Source of the DNA: Gammaproteobacteria bacterium | GTDB taxonomy: Bacteria; Pseudomonadota; Gammaproteobacteria; Steroidobacterales; Steroidobacteraceae | DNA length: 64,000 nt | Direction of reading: 5' to 3' | Assembly (NCBI GenBank): GCA_025355165.1 | Contig: JANYAD010000048.1 | Span: 15,071-79,070, forward strand | The notes under the pieces: generated by a model | Databases searched by the model: none | What the model saw: the letters and a program-made list of their open reading frames with translations, nothing else | Told to the model about the DNA's origin: nothing | Position numbers and translations under genes: made by a program | Shown: piece by piece, positions 1-9,001 of the stretch | Position numbering within the stretch: position 1 is the stretch's first letter | Layout: each line of letters begins with the position of its first letter

Positions 1-80
1 GTCGCGGTCTGATGGTCAACCAGCATCACGACACTGTCGTCGGTGCGGAATCGATTATCCAGTACAGTATGGTCGGACAT
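1..80 (-). CDS. Isochorismatase-fold hydrolase (YcaC-like), first 26 codons only; the gene runs off the left edge
   Basis: The reverse strand has ATG at 80..78 and reads MSDHTVLDNRFRTDDSVVMLVDHQTA. VxLVDHQ matches the N-terminal strand of YcaC-type isochorismatase-family proteins. GGAAAGGAAG lies 4 nt upstream (plus 85-94). The gene is divergent from the LysR gene. Confidence 0.5.
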   Translation of the reverse strand, partial: MSDHTVLDNRFRTDDSVVMLVDHQTA

Positions 81-238
81 TGATCTTCCTTTCCAGTAAA
101 GAGCGTCGGTGGTACGGAACGCTGCGGTACCCTGCCGTTGTGCGCCGTTCGATGGTTGTTTAACTTACCGCACATATTAGGGTCACGATATTTTCGAGCA
201 ATGGTGTTTATGGAATCTTGTTTTGCAAGGATGGGATA

Positions 239-1128
239 ATGGATCTACTTCGAGACATGGCGCTGTTCGTTGAAGTCGCTCGGGCGCGGAGCTTCACCAA
301 GGCGGCGGAGCGACTTGAAATGCCGATATCCTCGGTGTCACGCCGAGTCGGCCAGCTTGAGACGCAGCTTGGTATCAAGCTGTTTCGCCGTACAACGCGT
401 GAAGTGAAGCTGACAGACGCGGGTGCCGTTTGCAACGCTGCGCCGTTTTGGTAGACGAAGCGCGAGTAGCCCACGAAGACATAGAGGCCTACATCAGTGC
501 GCCCCGCGGAAGGCTTAGAATTTCCTTGACTGCGGATCTTGCGACGGTGTTTCTCGCTCCGTTGCTCGTGGAATTTCGCGCGCTGCATCCTGACATCACT
601 TTTGACATTGACGTGAGCCCGCGTAGAGTCGATCTGCACAGCGAACCGTTCGACATGGCGTTACGGATTGGTGCTCTTGAGGATTCCTCGCTCGTCGCAA
701 GACGGCTTGCTCTGCTCCGAGTGGGGCTTTATGCCTCTCCCGGCTACATCAAGGCGCGTGGCTTACCCAAACGCCCGGAGGATCTTGCGCGCCACAGTGC
801 GATAAGGGTGCTGTACGGTCCCCAGAATGCTTTCTGGAACCTGTCGAACGGCAAGCAGTCGCGCCGAGTCGCCTTAAAAAGTCCATTCACAGCCAACAAT
901 CTCAGCGTCATCCGCAGCCTGGCGATACTGGGTGCTGGCATCGGTGTGCTGGATGAAGGGATGGCGCGCGAGGACTTAAGACAGCGGCGCCTGGTCCGAG
1001 TGCTGCCGCCATGGACGCTGGACCGGATTCCTCTTTACGCAATCATGGCGACGCGCTTCATGCCGGCGAAGACGCGGGCGTTCGTCGATTTTCTGTCCGC
1101 CCGATTCACCCGCCTCAATGAGGAATAA
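239..1128 (+). pseudogene. LysR-family transcriptional regulator interrupted by a net -1 frameshift near 425-433
   Basis: ORF 218..454 holds the wHTH (MDLLRDMALFVEVARARSFTKAAERLEMPISSVSRRVGQLETQLGIKLFRRTTREVKLTDAGAV) and then stops. ORF 430..1128, in the next frame, continues with QRCAVLVDEARVAHEDIEAY... and a full LysR effector-binding domain. Confidence 0.8.
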
Positions 1129-1740
1129 GCCCGACACCCTTCAAGCAAAATATCGTTGTATTGACGCCCTGCAACGGCATTCAACCTGTCTGTCCCGGCT
1201 GCGCTATCACATTCGGCACGATATCGGCATCCGGTTGTGACATCACCGCAAAGGTGCCGATGAGGCAGATCAATCTCGATGCCGGGGTGCGGCAGATGCA
1301 CGAAAAAGGGTGCGCCACCGTTGATTGCCGCCGGTGGCCTGGCTGACCAGCCCCGGTCGGCGTATGACACGGGCGTTTGGACCGTGGGAAAAAACAGAGC
1401 CATCGGATAAAGGATGTCAAATGGCCCATAATCGCTGTCACCCGACACTGAAGGGCGACTCTCGTTTTGTGTCACTGGCGCTGTCGGTCTCGGGCGTACG
1501 GCAGCAGCGAATGCAAGATTCGCTGCGCCGCGCGTTGATTGATCGAGAGAAATCCGGTCCTCCGAGGCAGACTTTGAGCTCGTGTAAAGTTCTGGATCAC
1601 TACCATTTTCGTGTCGATCCAATCAAAGTAAACCGGAATTCGAGGCGTTTCTTCCAACACAGCGATCTCTACGGCTCCCCGCTGATTGAAAAGATTGGCA
1701 TACGTCGAATTGCTTCTGCGAGAACATCTAGGAGAACGGT

Positions 1741-2619
1741 ATGCTCGATATCGGCAAAGTGGGATCATTCATGCTCGGTGCTCGCTGCGTAAAGCGCTTG
1801 GGATACGGCGCAATGCAGCTCGCGGGCCCAGGTATCTTTGGACCGCCGAAAAATCGGGAAGCCGCACTTGCGGTATTGCGGGAGGCGGTGGCGTGCGGCG
1901 TCGATCACATCGACACGAGCGATTTCTACGGCCCGCACATCACCAACCAACTCATTCGCGAAGCGCTGCACCCGTATCCCAGGGATCTGGTTATCGTAAC
2001 CAAGATCGGTGCGCGACGCGGCGGGGACGGTTCGTGGAACCCGGCATTCTCCGCCGAAGACCTCATGGGTGCGGTGCATGACAACCTTCGAAACTTGAGG
2101 ATGGATGCGCTCGATGTCGTCAATTTGCGCATTATGGTCGATGTCCATGGCCCTGCCGAAGGTTCGATCGAAGCGCCGCTCGCCGCACTGGCAGAGCTTC
2201 AGCGCCAAGGGCTCGTTCGGCATATCGGCCTCAGCAACGTGACCGGGCAACAGATCGCCGAGGGAGGCACCATCGCAAAGATCGTCTGCGTGCAAAACCA
2301 TTACAATCTTGCATACCGGCACGATGACGCACTGATCGATCAGCTCTGCGCCGCCGGCGTCGCCTATGTGCCATTCTTCCCGCTGGGCGGTTTTACACCA
2401 CTGCAGTCGACGGCCCTATCAGACGTCGCGCAGGAACTTGGGACGACGCCGATGCAGACGGCGCTTGCATGGCTGCTCCAGCGCGCACCCAACATGCTAC
2501 TCATTCCCGGCACCTCGTCGGCTAAACATCTGCGTGAAAACCTTGCCGCGGCCAATCTGAATCTGCCTGAACAAGCAGTAGCCATGCTTAATCAAATTGC
2601 ACCACCCAGCCTGCACTAA
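1741..2619 (+). CDS. Aldo/keto reductase family oxidoreductase
   Basis: 292 aa with motifs LGYGAMQLAGPGIFGPP, VDHIDTSDFYGP, IGLSNV and LIPGTSS. AGGAGA lies 5 nt upstream of the ATG. Confidence 0.9.
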   Translation: MLDIGKVGSFMLGARCVKRLGYGAMQLAGPGIFGPPKNREAALAVLREAVACGVDHIDTSDFYGPHITNQLIREALHPYPRDLVIVTKIGARRGGDGSWNPAFSAEDLMGAVHDNLRNLRMDALDVVNLRIMVDVHGPAEGSIEAPLAALAELQRQGLVRHIGLSNVTGQQIAEGGTIAKIVCVQNHYNLAYRHDDALIDQLCAAGVAYVPFFPLGGFTPLQSTALSDVAQELGTTPMQTALAWLLQRAPNMLLIPGTSSAKHLRENLAAANLNLPEQAVAMLNQIAPPSLH

Positions 2620-2731
2620 CATTGCCAAGCGACACATAGCTGACCACCGCCGCCAATTTCTCTCGTAAGAGAAATAATGACCGGGTGCGAACGGTCTCAC
2701 TCTACAGCTATCATTAATTAAGGGGGATGCG

Positions 2732-3205
2732 ATGCGAACAGTCATAGGTTGGTTGATCGATTGGCCCGAACGAGTGGCACGGCACGTCGAGTGGATCGCG
2801 CCGCTGTTTGCGCGCATTGTCGTCGGCTGGGTGTTTATGTGGAGCGGTTGGGGAAAGCTCAATAACCTTCCGGCGGTCATCGAGAATTTTGCAGGTTGGA
2901 AGATCCCAGCACCCCATGTGTTGGCGCCCTTCGTGTCGGGCGTGGAGTTCTTCGGCGGCATGCTGCTTTTGGTGGGCCTTGTGACGCGCGTTTCCGCCGG
3001 CGCCTTGGGTGTTACCATGATCGTTGCAATTGTATCCGCCAAATGGGAGCAGGTTGACTCGCTAGGGACGCTCTTGGGATTCGACGAGACGGAGTATCTG
3101 GCACTCTTTTTATGGCTCGCTATCGCCGGTGCGGGCACTGTCTCTCTGGACTGGCTGTTGAAACGATCGGCAATTCGCACGGGTAGCTACCCGGGGCGAC
3201 CATGA
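2732..3205 (+). CDS. DoxX-family integral membrane protein
   Basis: 157 aa with four hydrophobic helices and a DoxX-like pattern (LFARIVVGWVFMWSGWGKL, GVEFFGGMLLLVGLVTR, LWLAIAGAGTVSLD). AAGGGGGA precedes the ATG. Confidence 0.85.
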   Translation: MRTVIGWLIDWPERVARHVEWIAPLFARIVVGWVFMWSGWGKLNNLPAVIENFAGWKIPAPHVLAPFVSGVEFFGGMLLLVGLVTRVSAGALGVTMIVAIVSAKWEQVDSLGTLLGFDETEYLALFLWLAIAGAGTVSLDWLLKRSAIRTGSYPGRP

Positions 3206-3220
3206 TTGAGCCGTTGCGCG

Positions 3221-5386
3221 CTAATCGCCGGTGATTAAGCGAATGCCGCCGCCAAATTTGAGGTACGCCCAAAACCAATTGGTGAGCGTCGCTACGCGAT
3301 TTCGAACGCCCAACATGAACCCGATGTGCACTAAGCCCCACAACCACCATGCCGGTGCCCCCGAAAGCCTGGCGAAGCCGAAGTCCGCGACGGCCGCTTT
3401 GCGGCCAATCGTGGCGAGGCTGCCAAGGTGGCGATACTGAAATGCAGGCGGCGGTTTCCGAGAGTCGACAATCGCCCGAATCTGCTTGGCGACGTAAGTG
3501 CCTCCTTGCTTTGCGGCCGGCGCGAGTCCGGGAACAAATTCGCCTCGCCAACCTTTGCTCAAGGCGGTATCGCCGATCGCATAGACGTTGGGCAAACCTG
3601 CAACCTGCAACTTGTCATCCACGATGAGGCGTCCGGCCTTATCGGCAGGCACATTGAGCCACATCGCAGCAGGGGATGCAGCGACCCCCGCTGCCCAGAG
3701 AACCGTACGCGCAAGTATTCGTTTACCATCGATGGAAACCCCGTTCGCGTCAATATGATCAACTCGGTTGCCCAGAAGAACCTCAACGCCTAAACGCTCG
3801 AGTGCACGCTGCGCAACGCCGGCTAATCGCTCCGGGAAACTCGGTAACAGGCGGGGGGCAGATTGAACGAGGACGACGCGAGCGCGCGAAGGGTCGAAGG
3901 AGCGGAAATCCTGGTTCAATCCAAAGCGAGCGAGTTCTGCGATTGCCCCGGCGAGTTCCACGCCGGTGGGACCACCTCCGACGATAAGGAAGGTTAGCAA
4001 TGCGGCGCGCTCGTGTTTATCGACGGTCGCCTCGGCGCGTTCAAAGGCGAGCAGAATCCGGCGCCGTATCGATAGAGCATCTTCGATTCGCTTGAGCCCG
4101 GGTGCATGCTGCGCCCAATCATCCCGTCCGAAGTAACTATGCGTAGCACCGGTGGCTAAGACGAGGTAGTCGTAAGGCACGCCGCCTTCCTGCAGAAGCA
4201 CCATTTGTCGATGCGTATCCACACCTGTCACGGAGCCTAGAAGCACACGGGTCAAAGGAGCATTGCGGAATAGTTGGCGCGCAGGTGTGGCAATATCTCC
4301 CGGAGAGAGCGCCGCTGTGGCCACCTGATAGAGCAGCGGTTGAAAAAGATGATAGTTGGTGCGGTCGATCAAGGTCACGGCGACGCGAGTATGGCGCAGC
4401 GCCTCTGCGCAGCGTAAGCCGCCGAATCCCGCACCCACGATAACCACGCGCGGCATCTCCGCCGATTGCTGCGGGCCACGCACCGTGTAGACAGGGAAAA
4501 GACGGTCCCGCAAAATCCCGGTCACGCGGTCGATTGAAATGACTCCGCCCCCGTAGACAATAAAAATCGTCAGCAGCATCAGCAGATAAATCTCGTCCGT
4601 AATGCGCGGATCAACCACGGAATAGCCAAGCAGACTCACTAGCGACACTAACGCTACGTAGCGGCTGCCAGCGCCAAGCACAAGCAGCACACCCACCAAC
4701 CATGCTCCAGTGAACGGAAGTCCCCTGGCAACATCTAGCGGCAACCAACGGCCGATATGCCCTGCCTCACGCCAAGTCGGACCCGACAGACTGGCCAGGA
4801 TCAACGCCGCCCCAAGCCACACGCGCAAGAGCGAAGCATAGACTGCCGTGCCGTACAGGCGCAGGCGCTTGGAGAAGTCGATGATCCGCGCGACAAAGGG
4901 GATCGCACTGTCGCTGAGTCCGCGGCGTAGTAGGTGGTCCATCGAGATTGGACCCGCGCCGCAAACCGTAAACCAACCAAACAGTACCGTCCAAAACAAT
5001 TGTGTGTCGAAGGGTTCGTAGCGAAGTTGAGTAACGAAAGAAAGCACCATGAGGGGCAACGCCGCATATCGAGTCATGAGACCGATTGCCAGCAGCGAGG
5101 CGCAAGCGAGGTCGATGGCCGTGCTCCAATAGGCGGCGGCGGTGGGTGCGAGGAAAGGGATGGGATTCTCATAACCGGCCCAGTCCATGGTCGTCGGCCA
5201 GTGCATGAGTTGGAGGATGCCAAAAACAAAGAAGAGTTTCGCTATCCATATCCGGATTGCCAATTCAATGTAAGGCCATGCCATCCCTTCCAATAGGGCA
5301 GTCCAAATTCCTGTGACCCTGCGACTCGTGGTACTCAATATCGTGAGAATTACTTGCAGTGTCTTCAATGGGCTTTTAGTGCGCAT
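3221..5386 (-). CDS. Fusion protein: two N-terminal DoxX-like membrane modules (~310 aa) plus a C-terminal type II NADH:quinone oxidoreductase (NDH-2)
   Basis: 721 aa. The N-terminus shows AIRIWIAKLFFVFGILQL... and LLRVWLGAALILASL... multi-TM repeats. From about residue 315 it is a complete NDH-2: VVIVGAGFGGL, NYHLFQPLLYQVA, FLIVGGGPTGVELAG, IGD, and the C-terminal helix WWLWGLVHIGFMLGVRNR. Confidence 0.85.
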   Translation of the reverse strand: MRTKSPLKTLQVILTILSTTSRRVTGIWTALLEGMAWPYIELAIRIWIAKLFFVFGILQLMHWPTTMDWAGYENPIPFLAPTAAAYWSTAIDLACASLLAIGLMTRYAALPLMVLSFVTQLRYEPFDTQLFWTVLFGWFTVCGAGPISMDHLLRRGLSDSAIPFVARIIDFSKRLRLYGTAVYASLLRVWLGAALILASLSGPTWREAGHIGRWLPLDVARGLPFTGAWLVGVLLVLGAGSRYVALVSLVSLLGYSVVDPRITDEIYLLMLLTIFIVYGGGVISIDRVTGILRDRLFPVYTVRGPQQSAEMPRVVIVGAGFGGLRCAEALRHTRVAVTLIDRTNYHLFQPLLYQVATAALSPGDIATPARQLFRNAPLTRVLLGSVTGVDTHRQMVLLQEGGVPYDYLVLATGATHSYFGRDDWAQHAPGLKRIEDALSIRRRILLAFERAEATVDKHERAALLTFLIVGGGPTGVELAGAIAELARFGLNQDFRSFDPSRARVVLVQSAPRLLPSFPERLAGVAQRALERLGVEVLLGNRVDHIDANGVSIDGKRILARTVLWAAGVAASPAAMWLNVPADKAGRLIVDDKLQVAGLPNVYAIGDTALSKGWRGEFVPGLAPAAKQGGTYVAKQIRAIVDSRKPPPAFQYRHLGSLATIGRKAAVADFGFARLSGAPAWWLWGLVHIGFMLGVRNRVATLTNWFWAYLKFGGGIRLITGD

Positions 5387-5598
5387 GCCAATAAGACCGT
5401 GACAGTATCGTCCTTATTTCGACGAGGCCGGCATGGCTCCGCTGAGCAACCGGCTGGCGGGTTGTGGTGGGTTGCGGCATCATCGGGACCTTGTATCTTC
5501 AGGACCGCGGTAGTACCCGAAGACCTAAACCGTTCTGTAGAGAAGCTACCGAGATCTGGTTTTTCGAGGTTTCGAACCAACTAAAAAAGGATTGGCAC

Positions 5599-6303
5599 AT
5601 GGGAAAAATCGCACTCTCTCTATTGCTGGCTTCACTAATCAGCGCGGCCACGAGCGCGTCGGCGCAGTCCCCGCAATCCGGCGCACCGACCATCGACCCC
5701 GCCTGGAAGGCGCCGGAGGTCATCGCATTCATCGGCCTGAAGAAGGGAGATAAGGTGGCCGATATCGTGGGAGGGCGACTGACGGCATCGCTGGCGCAGG
5801 CCGTTGGCCCTACCGGAAAAGTCTACGCGATTGAGACCGCCGAGGTCGTCGAGGCACATCCCGAAATAATGGGCAAGATGAAGGCGCTAGCGGCGCAGTC
5901 GCCCAATGTCGTCGTCAGTGACGACCCGGTCGCTTCGGCGCTGCCCTCGGCGCTCGACGCGGTGTTCATTCGACAGAACTACCACGATCTCTACGACAAG
6001 TTCATGGGGCCTGCAGATGTACCCGCCTTCAACAAGGCGGTGTTCGCCGCCCTGAAGCCGGGTGGTATCTACGTTGTGCTCGATCACGTTGCCGTTGCGG
6101 GTTCAGGGATTGGCGCAACCGATACGCTGCATCGCATCGATCCGGCGAGAGTCAAAGCGGATGTGCTGGCAGCGGGTTTCAAGCTGGATGCCGAGAGCTC
6201 CATTCTTGCCGACAAGAGCGACGACCACACAAAAAATGTGTTCGATCCCTCCGTCCGCGGTCACACCGACCAGTTCCTGTATCGTTTTAAGAAGCCCAAA
6301 TGA
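5599..6303 (+). CDS. Signal-peptide-bearing class I methyltransferase-fold protein (COG4798-like)
   Basis: The internal ATG at 5599 gives MGKIALSLLLASLISAATSASAQ (a signal peptide). Then come VADIVGG...GKVYAIE, NYHDLYD, LKPGGIYVVLDH, LHRIDP and FLYRFKKPK. Confidence 0.75.
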   Translation: MGKIALSLLLASLISAATSASAQSPQSGAPTIDPAWKAPEVIAFIGLKKGDKVADIVGGRLTASLAQAVGPTGKVYAIETAEVVEAHPEIMGKMKALAAQSPNVVVSDDPVASALPSALDAVFIRQNYHDLYDKFMGPADVPAFNKAVFAALKPGGIYVVLDHVAVAGSGIGATDTLHRIDPARVKADVLAAGFKLDAESSILADKSDDHTKNVFDPSVRGHTDQFLYRFKKPK

Positions 6304-6335
6304 CGGCAGGCTAGATTTAACCGCGTCTTGCGGCG

Positions 6336-6365
6336 GCAGAGCGCGCATTCAGGTGCGCGCTCTGC
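6336..6365 (+). terminator. Perfect 11-bp-stem hairpin 33 nt after the methyltransferase stop (no U-tract)
   Basis: GCAGAGCGCGC-attcaggt-GCGCGCTCTGC. No T-run follows, so it may be a stabiliser or Rho-dependent site rather than an intrinsic terminator. Confidence 0.4.
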
Positions 6366-6986
6366 AGTCTTAGCTGGACGCTCCCCGTCCCGCATTTTCA
6401 TCGTCCTGCACGTCTTAGCGACAATTCGTTAATTGCGAGCGCACTTCAAAGCGCCGAGATTGCTGCGAGCACTCAGACCTATGATCAAGTGATCGCATTT
6501 AACGCCCGCGGTTGGAAACTAAAGGTGGTCATGCCAATCGGTCACTCAGCCGGTAGCGATGCCATCCCGACGAGCACACAGACAAAAGAGTCAAGCTTTG
6601 ATGGCCGCAACGTGACGTTCATGCCGCCGTCCTCGCCGAATTTTGCTGGGGTAGCAGTGGCGATAGATGGCTTGTCGGTGAGAGACGTTTAACCGGTCAA
6701 ACCACCTCAGGGAGGGGGCGTCGGCATCATGCGGGCGGATCAGCGCAGGTTAGAGTCAGCTATTGGCCCAATGTCTCAGTCACCGTCTACTCCAGTGTGG
6801 CAAGCGGTTTCATGTACTGATGTAACATTCTTCTTGAAGGACATCACACGCTAACATCGGATAACGGATAGCGCGAGTCGCCATAGGCGAGGCCGCTAGC
6901 AAGCAAGCCAGTGGCGCTCGGTGGGAGGCGAGTGTGCCGCTTCGATTTCGGGTAAGGTGCGGCATCTGACAAAAATCAAGGCACAG

Positions 6987-8402
6987 ATGTCAAAAGTTAC
7001 GATGCGCTGGTGGGGATTCGGATTGCTGGCCCTCTGCACGGCGGCTCTCGCTGCAGCTAAGTCTCCATCCTCATCGCCTGCGGATGCCGCAACCGCCAAG
7101 GCGATCTTGAGCGAACTGCTCGCCATCGACACGACCTACGAGAAAGGCACGGTGGCGGCTGTTGCAGCGCTTCGCTCTCGCTTCCTAGCTGCGGGATTTC
7201 CCCCCACAGACCTAGTCGTGCTTGCAAATCCGGCAAAACCCAGCCAGTCGAACCTCATTGTGACCCTCAAGGGGCATGGTACCGGTAAACCGCTGCTGTA
7301 CCTCTGCCACCTCGATGTCGTGGCGGCAAGAGCGGCGGATTGGACGTTCCCGCCGTTCGCCGCAACTGAGAAGGACGGCTTCATTTACGGCCGGGGCAGC
7401 TCGGACATGAAGGGCGAGGACGCGAACGTGGCGGCAGCATTGATTAGGCTAAGAAGGGAGGCGTACAAGCCGGCGCGCGACATCATCGTGGCGTTCACCC
7501 CGGACGAAGAATCGGGCGGCAGTGAAGGGGTCGGTTGGCTAGTCAACGTCCATCGCGATCTGATCGATGCGGGACTGGTGTTGAATCCCGACGGCGGGAC
7601 GGGAGCCTTTCGCGGCGGCCGGCGGGCTTTCTACGGCGTGCAGACCAGCGAAAAATCGTATGTGACCTTCGCAGTCGAGGCGACCGACCGGGGCGGTCAC
7701 AGCTCAGAGCCGCGCTCGGACAATGCCATCTATGAGTTGGCGGTCGGCTTACAGCGGCTGTCGGCCCACAAATTTCCCATCCGACTAACGGATACCGTAC
7801 GTGCCTTTTACGCGCGGCAGGCACAGTTCGAGACCGGCTCGAGGCAAGCGGACATGCGTGCCGTTGGCAACGGGGATGTGAATGCCGCAGAGCGACTTGC
7901 GGCCGACCCAACGGACAACGCCCAGGTGCGAACCACCTGCGTTGCGACGATGTTGGAGGCGGGACACGCGGAAAACGCTTTGCCGCAGCGCGCCCAAGCG
8001 ACCATTCAGTGTCGATTGCTGCCGGTCGATACGCAGCAGCACACTCAGGCGACGCTGGAGCAGGTATTTGCCGATCCTGCCTTAAAGTGGACCGTCACGC
8101 GAGCCGCCACGCCGAGCCCCGAATCGCCGCCGACGGCGGCCCTGATGGCAGTCTACGATCGGGTAGTGCACTCGATGTGGCCTGGCCTCACGGTTATGCC
8201 CAGCATGGACGCAGGGGCCTCAGATTCGAAGTACACCAGGGCCGCGGGCATACCGAGCTACGGCGCCGCGTCAATCTTCATTGACCTCGAGGACATGCGC
8301 GCGCACGGTCAGGATGAGCGCATCAGAAGCAACTTGTTCGAAGAAGCGGGAGAATTTACTTATCGATTGATGAAAGCATTCAGCGCTGCGGGAATGCCGT
8401 AA
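6987..8402 (+). CDS. Secreted M20-family metallopeptidase (carboxypeptidase/dipeptidase type)
   Basis: The ATG at 6987 gives MSKVTMRWWGFGLLALCTAALAAAKS (a signal peptide). M20 motifs are present: HLDVVAA...WTFPPF, GRGSSDMKGE, PDEESGG. Typical length. Confidence 0.9.
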   Translation: MSKVTMRWWGFGLLALCTAALAAAKSPSSSPADAATAKAILSELLAIDTTYEKGTVAAVAALRSRFLAAGFPPTDLVVLANPAKPSQSNLIVTLKGHGTGKPLLYLCHLDVVAARAADWTFPPFAATEKDGFIYGRGSSDMKGEDANVAAALIRLRREAYKPARDIIVAFTPDEESGGSEGVGWLVNVHRDLIDAGLVLNPDGGTGAFRGGRRAFYGVQTSEKSYVTFAVEATDRGGHSSEPRSDNAIYELAVGLQRLSAHKFPIRLTDTVRAFYARQAQFETGSRQADMRAVGNGDVNAAERLAADPTDNAQVRTTCVATMLEAGHAENALPQRAQATIQCRLLPVDTQQHTQATLEQVFADPALKWTVTRAATPSPESPPTAALMAVYDRVVHSMWPGLTVMPSMDAGASDSKYTRAAGIPSYGAASIFIDLEDMRAHGQDERIRSNLFEEAGEFTYRLMKAFSAAGMP

Positions 8403-8457
8403 AACTTCGAATAGCCTGGGGCGGCGCGTAGGGCCGGTAAGGGTGCGGGACCGTTGC

Positions 8458-8931
8458 TTAATTGGATTGAACCGCTTTGCGGGCGCGGCGCCCCGCTTTC
8501 GTAGCAGCATGGTGGGGAGATTCGATATTCGACACAGCACGTACTTGCAACCCTTCCCGTTCATGCTCAAGCGCAAGTACCTTCTGCGCTGCCGCGAGAT
8601 CGTGGATCGCCTCTTGTCGAACTCCCTGGTTTGAAATTGATGCTAGCGCCTCGATGCACTTCACAATCACGCCTGCTACAGCCCAATGCCCGGGAGCATT
8701 ATCCTTTTTGAGAACCGCAACCAGATTGCCCAGCGTTCCTCGCACGTCAAGTAAATGGTGCAAGTGGTCCTCGGTCCGCGCGTGTCCCAGGACTGACTGC
8801 TCTTTCAACAACTTCTTTGCTGCCTCCTGAATATAGATTTCGGCTTTTAGCCGTGCCAGATGGTTCATGGGATTGCGCATATGAACCGAGACTAGCAGGA
8901 GCGTTTGTAGGCATTTATGAAGCCACTTCAC
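8458..8931 (-). CDS. Hypothetical, predicted all-helical protein (the true start may be the ATG at 8880)
   Basis: This is the only plausible reading frame in the gap. It lies on the same strand as, and 70 nt downstream of, the PQQ dehydrogenase. I recognise no family. Confidence 0.4.
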   Translation of the reverse strand: MKWLHKCLQTLLLVSVHMRNPMNHLARLKAEIYIQEAAKKLLKEQSVLGHARTEDHLHHLLDVRGTLGNLVAVLKKDNAPGHWAVAGVIVKCIEALASISNQGVRQEAIHDLAAAQKVLALEHEREGLQVRAVSNIESPHHAATKAGRRARKAVQSN

Positions 8932-9001
8932 AGTCGTGAGCGATGCTCAACGATAGCAAGGTGACCCCTCCCGCATATGTTTACCTGCCCTTTAAAAGTC
9001 C

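Noticed and set aside
1035-1768. Two overlapping minus-strand ORFs in different frames (1035..1622 and 1472..1768) fill the ~600-bp gap between the LysR and aldo/keto reductase genes. I considered a third frameshifted gene.
   Set aside because: I recognise no protein family in either frame. The composition is not clearly coding. ORF 1035..1622 would overlap the LysR 3' end by 94 nt. The interval is left unannotated; a BLASTX search would settle it.
8458-8931. A HEPN-like Rx4-6H motif (HARTEDHLHH) in the hypothetical helical protein, which could hint at a toxin or defence role.
   Set aside because: A short motif alone, with no partner gene (no MNT/antitoxin) and no other HEPN features. This is too weak to call.
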